From the human T2T-CHM13v2.0 reference genome, Homo sapiens: DNA of 64,000 bases. Below the pieces are notes generated by a model that saw only the letters and a program-made list of their open reading frames with translations, searched no databases and was not told the origin of the DNA. The DNA lies in the NCBI RefSeq assembly GCF_009914755.1, contig NC_060942.1. One strand, written 5' to 3'. Shown piece after piece: positions 13,862 to 28,400 of the stretch (its first letter is position 1; each line of letters starts with the position of its first letter). Made by a program: the position numbers and the translations under genes.

Positions 13862-15218
13862 AGACTCTATATATTCTATGAGATCAACTTTTTTAGCTTC
13901 TACTTACAAATAAAAACATGTAATATTTATCTTGCTGGGCCTGGCTTATATCACTTAACATAATATCCTCTAGGCTCATCCATGTTACAATGAAAAACAG
14001 GATTTTGTTAGTTTTCATTGCTGAATAATATTCTATTGTGTATATATACCAAGCCTATTTGTTCATCTATTGATAGATGCTTAGGTTGATTCCATATCTT
14101 GGTTATTGTGAATAGTACTGCAATAAACGGGGGAGTGCAGATATCTCTTCAATACATTGATCTCCTTTTCTGGGTCACGAGCAACGTGAGGAATGGGAGA
14201 AACAGCTAACTGCAAGATAAATAGTGTAGAAAGAGCAGAGCAGGACAGGCAGCACTACAAGAAACACCTGGAAGAGCAGAAGAGGTTGGAGGAGCAGAGG
14301 CTAAAGGAGGAACAGAGGAAGGATGTCCTGGAGGAGAAGTGGAGACAGAGACTTGAGGAGGAGAAAGAATGTCATGGGGCTGTTGTACAGCATCCAACGG
14401 GAAGGAGCCAGAAGCCAAAACAAAAGTGTAATCTGTGGTCTTGGGGAAAAACTCTCCACGGTAGCCCTATGATTCACAGTGCAGGTGGTTTTCTTGAATC
14501 TTCATTCTCCTCTTTCAATTTAGCAGGGCTGGACCACCACTTCACAACTTCTGGTGGTACCAGCGAAGCTGTGATACAGACATCCCTGTGACTGCCAATT
14601 GCCTGACCTGTAGCTAGCACCTCAGGCCTAGGGCCGGTGCGTCAATCGCTGAACCATCACCACCTTAGTCATCATGCATGCTTAATACCTTCATGCATAG
14701 AGGTAGATCTGGGATTGACACATTGTTTCTTAAGTGTGATAATATGACTCAGGTGACTTAAAGGTGTTGAAATAAAGTAATTACATGTAGTAGAAAAAAT
14801 AAAATAGGATTTATGGATTATAGAGTAGTTCTAGCTTTAGATTTTTTAAGGAACTTCCATTCTATTCTCCATAACGGATATACTGATTTATATTCCCACC
14901 AACAGTGTAGAGAGGCTGGTATAGACAGGAGGAGATGTGGATAAAGAGATGTCAGTTAAATAACACAAAATTACAGCTAGATAGGAATAATAATTTCTTG
15001 TATTCTATAGCACTGTATGGTGACTACAGCTAATGGTAACTTACTCTATATTTTCAAATATCATTGAGAGGATTTCGAATGTTCCCAACACAAAAAAGTA
15101 TAAATGTTTCAGATGATGGATATGGTAATTACTTTGATTTGATTATTACACATAATATGCATTCAAATACAACTGCATACACCCTAAATATGTACCATTA
15201 TTGAGTCAATTAAAAAAA
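13862..15218. mobile_element. L1MA 3' end with 5' inversion (minus piece 13862-14908, plus piece 14909-15218), hosting the MAP7 retrocopy
   Basis: The reverse complement of the minus piece ends '...aaaaaagttgatctcatagaa', just upstream in L1MA consensus of the plus piece 'agaggctgg...tacagctagataggaataa...caattaaaaaaaa'. Confidence 0.8.
14170..14804 (+). pseudogene. MAP7: Processed pseudogene fragment of MAP7 (ensconsin/E-MAP-115), N-terminal microtubule-binding coiled-coil
   Basis: Translation EWEKQLTAR*...RQHYKKHLEEQKRLEEQRLKEEQR...EEKWRQRLEEEKECH...RSQKPKQKCNLWSWGKTLHGSPMIHSA matches recalled MAP7 EREKQLAARE...RQHYEKHLEERKKRLEEQRQKEERR...EEKRRQRLEEDKERH...RSQKPKQKHNRWSWGGSLHGSPSIHSA. Uninterrupted by introns, in-frame TAA at 14218-14220, a frameshift, AATAAA at 14771 and an A-tail at 14794-14804. 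The symbol refers to the parent gene. Confidence 0.93.
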
Positions 15219-15223
15219 ATTTT

Positions 15224-16328
<1,105 letters not shown>

Positions 16329-16492
16329 ATGAAAAATACAAGGTAAGACAATTTGGATAAAATAGCTAATTTGTAATTTGATATAAAGAAGAAATATAAA
16401 AAGTAAAAAGAAAAGGCAGAACAAAATGATTTAAGGCTACACCAATGTTGTAACAATTTATTGTGTATTCTATTAAAATACAGAAACGTACA

Positions 16493-16876
16493 TGATACAG
16501 TTTGGCTGTGTCCCCACCCAAATCTCATCTTGAATTGTGATCCTCATAATCCGCATAATTCCCATGTGTCAAGGGAGAGACCAAGTGGAAGTAATTGAAT
16601 CATGGGGGTGGTTTCCTCCATGCTGTTCTCGCAATAGTGAGTTAGTTCTCATGAGATCTTATAGTTTCATATTGTTTGGTAACTCCTCCTATATTCATTG
16701 TCCCTCCTGCCGCCTTTGGAAGAAGTTGTCTTGTTTCCCCTTCACCTCTGTCATGATTGCAAGTATCCTAAGGCCTACCCAGCCATGCCAAATTGTGAGT
16801 CAACTTAACCTCTTTACTTTAGGAATTACCCAGTCTTGGGCAGTTCTTTATAGCTGTGTGAGAATGGACTAATACA
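16493..16876 (+). mobile_element. THE1C/D-like solo LTR
   Basis: tgatacagtttggctgtgtccccacccaaatctc...gaatggactaataca; TSD GTACA/GTATA. Confidence 0.92.
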
Positions 16877-17442
16877 GTATACTTGCCAGAGTTAGTTTTA
16901 GGGAGATGGAGATTTCTCTTCTTAAACCATTTGAAGATGCTTGAGGTGGAAGGATAGATTATAATAGACCAGAGTGTGATGAGAATTACATTGGAGGATA
17001 ATACGGATGAGTCCAGGGACAGGAGAAAGCTATGTTTTTCATTACACTTCCTATCCCTGTAATTCAGAGTGGTCAGTAAGTTACTCAAAAGAGTGAAAAT
17101 ATACCTGTGATGAAGCTTTGGGGAACTTAGGAGTGTAGCTCTGCATTGAGAATCTTGAAATATATTTTGAGACTTGGAGAAAATAGGTGATATTCTTTAG
17201 GCCTTTGCAGATATGTTGGAAATAACATGGCACAAATTCCAGCCAATAGGAAATCTGGACCACGTTCAATGATTTTCGAGAGGCTGGAGCAACCTAGAAG
17301 ACACTAAACAAAGCAAGTCAGAAAAAAGGGTACGATTACTACTAACTCATTCCATTTTGTTCTCATCCACGAAAATTCGAATTAAGATTCTGTTCAAAGC
17401 TGTAGCTCTGATTAAATCTTCCAATCTTTAGTAGCTTGCCAG

Positions 17443-17525
17443 TGTTTCAAAAGAAGATCCAGATATATGCAGCATTATGTGAACTGTTTCAAAAGAAGAT
17501 CCAGATATATGCAGCATTATGTGAA
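17443..17525. repeat. Perfect tandem duplication, period 42
   Basis: tgtttcaaaagaagatccagatatatgcagcattatgtgaa at 17443 and 17485. Confidence 0.97.
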
Positions 17526-17976
17526 TTAACTGGAGTCGTTAAATCTTACGATTTTCATATGGATTAGCTAACAATGGAGTTGTCATTGTTTAATCAAGCT
17601 CCATTGGAAACTTAAGCCTCTGTGGGCCTTGGTTGCATCTCACTGGGTCATCTTGACTTATCACCAGCTTAGAGGACCCAGGAAACATTATTAAAGGAGA
17701 TCTCACAAAATAATTTCACCCAAGCATTTTTGAAGGAAGTGGGATTAACAAAGAAAGCATAAAATGTCCTCTGTATTTTACCTAAAACAAAAGTGATTAG
17801 TTGTACAAAAAAGTCTGCCTATGGTATAAAAATACATTTGCCAGAATTTTATTTCAGGCAGTACATGGTGCTAGTTTAGAATGCATTCTTGGTAATCTCT
17901 GAAACTTGAATGTGAACAAAATGTTCTTGTTAAAGTTAGAGAAAAGCGAGGCTAGTGGAAATAAGAATGCAATTAA

Positions 17977-18285
17977 GGCCAGGTGCAGTGGCTCAAGCCT
18001 GTAATCCCAGCACTTTGGGAGGCCAAAACGGGCGGATCACGAGGTCAGGAGATCAAGACCGTCCTGGTTAACACGGTGAAACCCTGTCTCTACTAAAAAT
18101 ACACAAAAAAATAACCGGGCGTGGTCGTGGGCACCTGTAGTCCCAGCTACTCAAGAGGCTGAGGCAGGAGAATGGTGTGAACCCGGGAGGCAGAGCTTGC
18201 AGTGAGCCGAGCTCGCCCCACTGCACTCCAGCCTGGGCAACAGAGCAAGACTCCATCTCAAAAAAAAAAAAAAAAAAAAAAAAAA
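17977..18285 (+). mobile_element. AluY
   Basis: Full dimer, poly(A), 14-bp TSD aagaatgcaattaa. Confidence 0.96.
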
Positions 18286-18699
18286 GAATGCAATTAAACA
18301 GAAAGATGGTAAGGGGGTATGATGAATGATACACTCTTCTGTTTTCCCTTTCACTCATAATATTCAATAATAACTTGCAAATATTCACAAAAATTTTGAA
18401 GCTGCAAGAAAAATTTTGAACAAAGATTTTTTTTTAGCAACAAACTATTTGCTGAGAAAAATTTTCAGAAAAAAAGTTTTGTTTTAAATACCGCATTCAA
18501 AAATAGAGAAGACCTGTTGAGAAGGAATTTAATTTTGAGGGAATTAGGGTTGTGTTAATTGCTGAAATCAAAGAGGTGATCGGATGGTCTTGATACTTTT
18601 TCAAGATTTTAAGTCAGATTCTATCAAATCACAGAATTAGTGATTTCCCATATGACTTGAGGCATCTTGACTGCAAAGAAATAGCACTTTGATTAAAAT

Positions 18700-19163
18700 A
18701 GTAGAAACTAGAGGACGTTGTGCTAAGTTAAATAAGTCAGGAACAGAGAGACGAATACTGCATGATATCACTTACCTGTGGAATCTTAGAAAGTTAAACT
18801 CATTGCAGTAGTTAGTAAATTGGTGGTTACTAAGGGCTGGTGGGGAGGGTGGGTGCGAAAAGGGATGGCATTGAACAAAGGGTAAAATTGTTAATTAAAC
18901 AGGAGGAATACATTCTGGCGATCACTTGCACAGCATAGTGACTTCAGTTAATGACAATGTGTTGTATATTCCAACACAACTAAAAGAAAATTTTAAATGT
19001 TTTCAACACAAAGAAATGATAAATTTGAGGTGATAAATATGTGATAAATTTTGAGGTGATAAATAAATAATTAGCCTGATTTGGTTATTCCACAATATAT
19101 AAATGTATCCAAACACCACACTGTACCCCATAAGTATAATTATTTGTCAAGTAAAAACAAAAT
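18700..19163 (+). mobile_element. L1MA 3' end
   Basis: 'gaggacgttgtgctaagttaaataagtcagg', 'acacaaagaaatgataaat', 'ctgtaccccataa'. Confidence 0.82.
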
Positions 19164-21619
19164 ACATGTTATACATTATGTTAATACACACATATTTGCA
19201 GATTTATTTTATGTTTTCAATTTGATGGAAATATAATTTAACAAATCACTTCCAGGGTGAAATGCTAAAGAATAGGCAAAATGATATAATTGTTGATGGA
19301 AGGCAAACATAAATATTCTTCCTGGGCTGTGAAACTGTAAGGTGAATGGAAAATTCTCACAGTAACTGCAGATCTATAAGGTGGTATCTCACAATGCATT
19401 CACTGTGAATTTATTCTAAGCACAGTTCAATGGGAAATTATGCAAGAGTAAATCTTTGTGATGGAAATATTTTCAATAAAACTACTTCTGTAAGAAACAT
19501 GTAGGTTAAGGAAAAGAGCAAAATTACATCATTACCAAATTTATCAGCGAGTAGATTATTAGAATTTATTTAAAAATATCTTTTTAGAGAAGTTAGCTAA
19601 AGCAAAATGAGTGGAGTTTGTGGATACCTATAGCTATCGCTCTGAGGCTCATTCTAAGCCATTTTATGTCAAATGGTTGACTTTTAGGGAGGATATGGTT
19701 AAATTGTTCTGCTCATCTCTTTACCAGAAATAAATGGATCAAGCCCAGAGTACTTTCTGTGAATTGAACAGTTTCACAGGGTTTGAGAAAGGACTTCTCA
19801 GTTTAGACCAAATTATACTCCATGTGTATACCTTGGATTTGTTTATTTCATATTGCATCCCTCTTTTTTTGTTAGGTGATGCTGCAATATCAACCAATTC
19901 ACAAACATCAATGACAAAAAAAAAAAGACACAGGTTTTTTCTATCTTTCACATTCTATGTTGTCTAAGACTTCACTGAAGATAAGCTGCGTGCCTTCGTT
20001 ATTCTGGAATTCTGGTTGAAGGAGCAGCCCTTACAAAACGAAACTGTCTCAAGATGCAGGGGAGAGAAAAAATTGTGGGACCAGATATTGACTGAGATTA
20101 TTTCTGCTCGGACATGGAAAACGTCACTGTAGTTTGCATTTAATTTATCAAAAAGCCAATGACACAAGGAATTATAATTCTATCAGGGAAGAGAGAAAAT
20201 GGGAGATTGTCAAATCTACCAATGAATTTTAAAAAATTGTTATCATCTGTGTTTAATGTCCTAGAGCTAACCACATACATATTATATGAGAGACTAAAGT
20301 GCCTATATTCATTAAAGTGATCAGAGAAATTATATTTTCAAGTACTATTTGTACATATGTATATATTTTAACAGCTATATGATATTTCATTTTAAATATG
20401 TACATATTTTCTAGAAATGTAAGCAATTTTGCAGTGAGCATCCTTCTTTGAATCTGCAGTGCATCTAATGTATCAGCACATACCCAGTGGTGGTATTACT
20501 GACTCATGGGGCATTTATTTAAAATTGTGATAGATATTACCAAAATGTAATTCAAATATGTCATACCAATTTAAAAACTCACCAACAATAGATGAGAATC
20601 ATGATTATCCCAGAATGCTGTCAATATTGAGTATTGAAAAATTATATCTTATTCTAGTTTTACTTTGCATTTATTTTGCTATTTGCAAGATTGAGTTTCT
20701 TTTACATAGTTACTGTAATATGTATCTTTACAGAATTATTAGTGGATTCAGACATTTAAGTATATTGTGAGAATCATAAATTCTTAGAGAGTTGAACTAC
20801 AGATTCAATATAAACCAAGTGGCCTATTTATCTTAGGATATTGAAAACATCTTTGACCTTCTATATCTATTATTTATTGAATTAACCAAAATAGCCAAAA
20901 ATATTTAATGACTTCTTTCCATAAATTCACTAGTTCACACAAACAAAGAACATATAGATTAAATGTGGGTACAGGGCATGAAAAAGTCTTTAGAAGACTA
21001 AAGACATTGTGTTCAAATTATTAGCCCAATGTTTGTAGAAAATAAGTGTTCCTAATCAATGCATTAAAGACTTTTTGTGTAATCAGTTGTCTAGGAATGT
21101 TTCTGAAGGAGGAGGTTATGGAATCTTCCTTTGTGAGATGGTAGGATTTAGCTATATGAAAGCCGTCAACTTTTATGTATGGTACTATATATTATGGTAT
21201 GAATAAAACATGTATTTATACCGTAGGAATTACTTAATAATGCTCAAATATTTCAAATAATTGTTTTTTATCCAAACCGTTTATTGATATGTACAATTTA
21301 CATTTTTAAAGAACTTAAAATTTACTAAGTGACAATGCCAGTAGACATCACTAGAATAACTAAACATGCAGGCAGAATACAAAAAGGAACCATCTAAGTG
21401 ACAAAAGAGATATAACTACAGGTGAATCTATCTAAGAGGGAGAATAGAAATTAATTATTTGATTGAGGCTTGAACCTGGAATGTCTACAGGTGAAAATTG
21501 TTGGAGAAAGTCTCAAATATAGAAAATGCCATGAAAACACAGGTAGAAATAAAAGCAGTTTTTAGAAAATGTCTAAATAATGCACTAAGAGATTAAAAAA
21601 CAAAGACTTTAAGATACTT

Positions 21620-22582
21620 TCTTTTGTTATTAATTGACACGTAATAATAGTACTTATCTATGGGGCACAGTGTGATGTTCTGAAATACGTTTACATTGTG
21701 TAATGATCAAATTAGGGTAATTAGTATGTCCCTTACCTCAAACATTAACCATTTATTGGTGGTGAGAGCATTCAAATTCGTCCCTTCTGGCTATTTTAAA
21801 ATATATAATACATTGTTAACAAGTCAACCTACAAGCAATAGGTTACTAGAACAGATTTCTCCTCTTTAATTGTAACTTTGAACCTGTATAACTAGCCACT
21901 GTCCACCTACCACAACCACCCTTCCTTGACTCTGGTGACTATTTTTATCCTAGGACCTCCATGAGATCAACATTTTAGCTCTCACATATAACTGAGATCA
22001 TGCAGTATTTGTCTTTCTGTGCCTGGCTTATTTCACTTAATACATTTCCTAGGCTCATGTCTGTTGTCACAAATTACAGAATTTTATTCTTTTTCATGGC
22101 TGAATAGTATTTTATTACATACATATACCATATTTTCTTTCTTTATCCATTTAACCATTGAGGAACACAAGCTGATTTCATACCTTGGCTATTGTGACCA
22201 GTACTGCAATAAACATGGGAGTGAAATATTCTTTTACACACAGATTTTCTTTCTTTCTTTTTTTTTTTTTTGATATATACCCAGTAGTGGGATTTCTGGA
22301 TCATGTTATAGTACTATTTTTAATTTTTTGAGGAATTTCCATACTATTGCTCATAATGGCCATACTAATTTACAACATTACAACAGGAAATAAGGTTTCC
22401 TGTTTCTCCACATCCTCACCAGTATTTGTTATGTTTTGTCTTTTTGATAATATGTATTCTGAATGAAGGAGATGACATCTCATTGTGGTTTTGATTTGCA
22501 TTTTCTTGATAATTAGTGATGATGATCATTTTTTCATGTATGTCTTCTTTTGAGAAATGTTTATTCAGGTCTTTTGCTCACT
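21620..22582 (-). mobile_element. L1MA 3' end
   Basis: 'gtgtaatgatcaaattagggtaattag', 'ttgtctttctgtgcctggcttatttcacttaa', 'atatacccagtagtgggatt'. Confidence 0.88.
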
Positions 22583-25344
22583 TATGAAAAAACAGTCTTG
22601 AAAGATAATCTGGTTAATATTAAGTCTTGGGAGCTGAAGTTTATATATGACTTGGTGACAAAACGATGCCACCATGTATTACATCATATAAGATATGACC
22701 ATTGTAATACAATTTTATACATTCAGGGAGCAGCATGGCCAAAGAATGTGCGATTGATTGGACATGAAGTGGAGGTAAGAAACATAACACCAAGGTCATA
22801 AAAAGGAAGCAATTAGGGAACTGGACAGGAACCATGATTTGGAATGAGACTGGAAGGAAAGAAGCAATTGTGAGTTATTGTAAGGTTACAATCCAGAAAA
22901 TAGCAATGGACTAGTTATGCATGTAGTGCAAAAGGGCTAAATAAAAGGTTAATATGAAGCTTTTGAAATTAACTGCCTGAGAAGATATTGTCAGCTTTAA
23001 CAGAATAAAACTCAGAAGGGATTGTTGATTTGGAGTTGGACAGATAAATTATTATATGATGTTGGTTTTTTTTTACATTATGACTCAGCAAAATTGACTA
23101 ATAAGGTTTTCTCTTAGAAATTCTTGTCACAGTCCCTGAGACGTCAGGATTGCAGAGAAACCTTTCTGCTCCTCAAGTTCAATTATCAGATTTGAAAGCA
23201 AATTTGAACAGTGGAAGAAAGCAATCCTAGAATTGAAGTTGCTCCCTAAAATCTATCTCAGGAAGGCATCTTCAATGGCATTTGTTATGTCCATGCTATT
23301 CTAAAAAGAAATCAGGTACATTGAACATTTGCAGTGCATTACTAGTCTATTTAAAGAAAAATCAGCAAACAATTGCAAATATGTTTTGACTGATACAGTG
23401 ACAGCATGCAATATATTCAAGTTAGTGTGAAATACACAAAGGCACTTTCTTTTTGTACACACAAGTGTGGATAATAACATGGACCTCATCCATCACATCA
23501 TATTATTGTTTTACAGCATCCTTAATGTACTATTAATGCAATATGGGAAGTTTAGTCTCCATTCATCAAGTTGTATTAGTACTGTTCCTTGTTATTATTG
23601 TATTAAGTTAATATGATACAGTTCTTAATATAACATCATCAAAGTCCATACTGAACGGTAGCATTAATATTAGGAAATTTTCAAGTGCATTTCCACACTG
23701 CTTGTGAATCTTTTATGTGCCAAGATGTAATAAGAGGCTCAGAAATATCTGTTGAGATTGCAAGAATATCCATGAGGGAACGTTATGAATGTATTATTTT
23801 TCGTGTCTGCATACATTCCCATGGAGGCATGTCCCACATGAGCCAGTAAACATATTTGAAGGGTAAACAACATTTTCTACCCCAATTCTCATATTGGAAG
23901 AAATAACATTATATTATAAAAAATGTAGGTTGTACATTTATCCTTTTAAAGTCTACTTGGTTTTGGTGCCTATTTACCATGTAGGAAATCATAATTCAGT
24001 TCAAAAGATAAGATATGCAAACATAAAGTCGTTAACTAGATACTCAGTTATCAAAATGTGTGTGCTAATTATTGGAAAGACAAACAAACCCAGACACAGT
24101 TGGAGCTAGAAAAAATAATTTTGATACAAAGGAGCCTGTAATTTTTTAGATATCTGAATAACTCCCAATATAATGCAGCATGTGACTCATACTTTAGAAA
24201 TCTGAATAATTTTTTTGCAGATGAAAAATGAGAAGTTACATGAAAGAACAGCATGGGTAGGATGATGCAGGAAGAAAAGTTAAGACTAATTGGGACACTT
24301 TCAGTTTATAGTGAAGAGACTAGCTTGTTACTAAATAGAAATTATAGGGAAATAGGAAATACAGAACTAGATTGTAGTTTTTGAAACTAATCCTATAGAA
24401 ATCTGTGAAGCTATTTGAAGATTATTAGTATAATATAAAGAATATAAATGATTATCTTAGGTTGACAAATATGTCCGTGTTCTTGTAAGTAGGAAAAATA
24501 TATAAGAAATTAGGAACAGAAGAAGAAGAACAGTTGATAAGACTCTAGACAAGAGGAAGTAACAGAGTGGGGAGAGAAATAAAAGTTATTTCGGAAAAAT
24601 GATTCATATATTTAAGAGCTAGGAGACCTTTCCAGAATTATGTATGTTGAACTTCTCTGTTTATATACAAGGTAATGTTGTATTGAAAATTACCAGAATT
24701 TGGGACTATTTGTATATTGCTAATAAAAAATACAAAACACTTATTAAATATATATGTGGATAGATAGATAGATATATCACAAACTCTGAAAAGAAAGAAA
24801 TGATGGTTAAAGAAAAGAGCATAAATTCTCCTCTGGAATATTGATGGAGTCATATTATGCTGATAAGATGAAAACAAACTTATGAGGTAAATTATGGTTG
24901 TGAACATTGATTTTTGAATCCAGTGACAACTGTAGTCATAAATTAGCACCAACTCAACAGCAAGCGAACATTAAAAATATAAGAGCAGAAGGTCAAGGAC
25001 GCTTGCCTCCCATTTATGGTTTAGCAATAACATAATTTCTGATGTGAAATGGAAATCAAACAGAAAGACAAGGCTCTGTAAATTACACATTTAGCATGTA
25101 GAGTCAATACAGAGATATTGCTAAACCAAGTACATAATGTGTGAGGCTCAGTTCCAATCATAAAACTGGAAAGCTCCTGTAGCAGAGAAAAATCATCATT
25201 TTTTTCATCATTTTCAATATTGACGTGAACAGAAAAGAAAGAAAAAAAATCCCTGTTATAGCCCCCATTTCTTTTAGTGGAAAAGTTTTTTTTTTTTTTT
25301 TTGCATTTTGACACTTACTTAGATCAAGACTTTATGTGAAATAC

Positions 25345-25410
25345 ATATATATATATATAAACATATATGTATGTATATATAAATATATATGTATGTGTAT
25401 ATGTATATAT
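25345..25410. repeat. (TA)n-rich low-complexity tract
   Basis: Seen directly. Confidence 0.85.
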
Positions 25411-25712
25411 TGCTTACATAGTCCACTGGGTACAATGCCTTTTCTAACATCAGGATACATGATATATCTAATCAGTTCTGCCTTCTGAAAAACATGTTCA
25501 GTCAAGTAGTAGGAGAATTCCATCTATTTGAATGCATTTGGGGAGTAAATGGTTTTCTGCACAGCTGATTCAGACAGAACCCTCACAACATGACTGAAGT
25601 GGTTACGAGAGAAATTTATCTATATCTCTCTTGTCATTTAAAACTGGAAACATTACCCTGGAAGAAAAGGACTAAGAATCAACCTGTTTTTCTAACATCT
25701 CTAGTATGTGCA

Positions 25713-25715
<3 letters not shown>

Positions 25716-25764
<49 letters not shown>

Positions 25765-25770
25765 TACATA
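25716..25770. repeat. (TA)n(CA)n microsatellite
   Basis: About 20 TA units followed by CA units. Confidence 0.95.
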
Positions 25771-26639
25771 TGCCCAATATGTGTGCACATACGTATGTAT
25801 ATGTGTACATATCAAAGATCTTAAAATAGAGATTTCCCAGGGAGATTGTAAATTTGAACTTTTGAATTATTGAGGGAACAATCTACTACATCTTTATTGT
25901 TCCTATGCAAGAGTTATCTTGGAGGTGTGACTACATCCTAGCCTTGAGTTTTGCCTTAAAATCTCAAATTAAATTTTTATATTCCCTTTACTTCTGAAAA
26001 TTAGGGGCATGTGAAGACATATTAACCATGCAGCTTCTTGTATAAAACATTTTTCTGAATGTAACTTGATATTGACCATGAGTTAATCATGTGCGTGTGC
26101 ATGTGTGTGTGCGTGCATGTGTGGGTGTTTACTTTTAGGATACAGTTTATTCCACCAGAAATATTGTGCACACCTTTTCTATCTGACATTGGCCTCTTTT
26201 TTACTATCTTTTAACCAATCTTCACGATCCTTTCTCTATTGAATTCCTTTTTCTACTCTATTGTGTACTTTGCAACCAGCGCTCCAAAATGTTGAACAGT
26301 TGCTTTTTTGGTGCATAATTTCCAAACACATACAGGCATGCAATGAAACACCTATGTTCTAAATGTAAGTTCATCTTAGTAAACATTCACAAAGTATTCC
26401 TTACAGTAAATTTTTTTTTCTAAAACAAATATTGCAGTTTATCTTTATCTTTTCTTTCTCTTTTTTGTCTAAGTCTATAATTATACTCAGGCAAGTTCAT
26501 TGGTTATTTTTTTATCCTTTATGCTGTCATGAAAATGACCAAGTCCTATATTTCTGTCAAATTATCTCATTTCGTTAAAACTAAGATGTAACTCAACTTG
26601 ATAGGGATAGTGCATTCCCATATGTATTTTGTTGTGGCC

Positions 26640-27725
26640 AGGGAAACAACCAAGAAAATGAAAGGTAACTATATTTGTGGATTGGAAAAGAATATTTGCA
26701 AACCATGTATCAGATAATGGGTTAATAACTACAGTGTATAATAAACTCAGCTAACTTGATACCACACACAAACACTTGAAAAAATGGGCAGAGGACCTAA
26801 ATAGACATTTTTTCAAAGAAGATATAAAAAATGATCAATAGATATATTAATATAAAAAAGTTTGTCAGTATCACTAATCATTAGGAAAATGGAAATAAAA
26901 ACCACAATGAGATATCTCTTCACACCTATTGTGATGCTATTATCAGAAAGACAAATGGTAACAAGTGTTAGCAAGGATGTGGAAAATGAGAATGAAAATT
27001 GTTACTGCCATTATGTAAATCAATACGGAGATTCCTCAGAAAATTAAAAATATAACTACCACAGACCCAGCAATCCCTTTTCTGGGTATGTGCCCAAAGG
27101 AAATGAAGTTAGCACCATGCAGAGCTATCTGCATCCCCATGTGCATTCCCCATGTGTTATTCCGAATAGCCAAGATATGGAATCAATCTAAATGGTCATC
27201 AATGAATGAATGCATAAAGAAAATGTGGCATTTGTGTATACAATGGAATATTGTTCTGCCTTGAAAACGAAGGAGATCTGTCACTTATGACAGCATAGAT
27301 GAACCTAGAGGACATTGTACTAATAAGCCAAGCACAGTGAAATAAAAGTGATCTGACTTATATCTATAATTAAAAACAAACAATAAACAACTCAAATACA
27401 TAGAAACATAATTGAACAAGAGTCACAAGGGGTAGAAAGTTGGAGGAAATGGGGAGATGTTCATTAAATGGTACAAATCGTACCGTTATGTAGAATGGAG
27501 AACTCTAGAGACCTAATGAGCAGCATAGGGACTATGCTTACTATCATACCCTGGAAATTTGCCAACAAAGTAGAGTTTAGGTACTTGCACCACACACACA
27601 AAAAGTTAACTCTGTGAGATGATGGTTATGTTTATTTGTTTCACTGTAGTAATTATTGCACTATATATATTTATATAGCAAAACATTATGCTATACATCT
27701 TAAATATATGTCCAAAAATTTAAAA
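26640..27725 (+). mobile_element. L1MA-late 3' portion (ORF2 end plus 3' UTR)
   Basis: ORF remnant SLIIRKMEIKTTMRYLFTP; 'gacccagcaatcccttttctgggta'; 'gaacctagaggacatt'. Confidence 0.85.
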
Positions 27726-27789
27726 CTTGAAGTGATTTTATACCAATTTTATGCACTTTAATGGCATTTCAAAAGTTAATGTAACTGCA

Positions 27790-28400
27790 AAATCAAGATA
27801 GTGAAGCTGCTGTAAAAAACAGTTTGGCAATTCCCCAACAAGTTAAACATAGAATTGTTATATGGCCCAGCAATTCCTTTATATTTATGTACCCCAAAAT
27901 TGTAAACAGGGGCTTAAACAGATATATGTATTCTAATGTTCACATTAACATTATTCTTAATAATCAAAAGATGGAAACAGCCTACATGATCATCAGCTGA
28001 TGAATGAATAAACAAAATGTAGTAATATACCTACAATGTACTCTTATTTGTCTCTAAAAAGCAATGAAGTTCTTAAACATTGAAAAACCATAGATGAACA
28101 TTGAAAACATTATACTAAGTGAAATAAACCAGACTCAAAAAGACAAATATTGTCTGATTCCTTTTATGGGAAAATTCAGTGAGACAGGAAGCCGACTAGA
28201 GAGCTGCAAATAAAGGGAATGGAGAGAGATTCCGAAAGCGTACCAAGTTTCCGATTGGGGTAATGAAAATGTTTGGAAACAATGATTGGATAGTGATAAT
28301 GGTTCACAACATTGTGAATATAATCAATGCTACTGAATTACACAATTGTTGAAATTGGAAATGGTATTCTATATATATCTTACCACAATCATACATGCTA
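27790..28400 (+). mobile_element. L1MB/MC 3' fragment
   Basis: 'aaacagtttggcaattcc', 'gaacattgaaaacattatactaagtgaaa', 'cacaacattgtgaata'. Confidence 0.75.

Noticed and set aside
14193-14591. Functional MAP7 or MAP7D-family exon
   Set aside because: No introns, a premature stop and frameshift, an A-tail, and insertion within an L1 all indicate a retrocopy.
19018-19065. Micro-duplications (also 46881-46904, 54620-54651, 48644-48752)
   Set aside because: Ordinary slippage-type duplications, mostly within repeats or AT-rich DNA.
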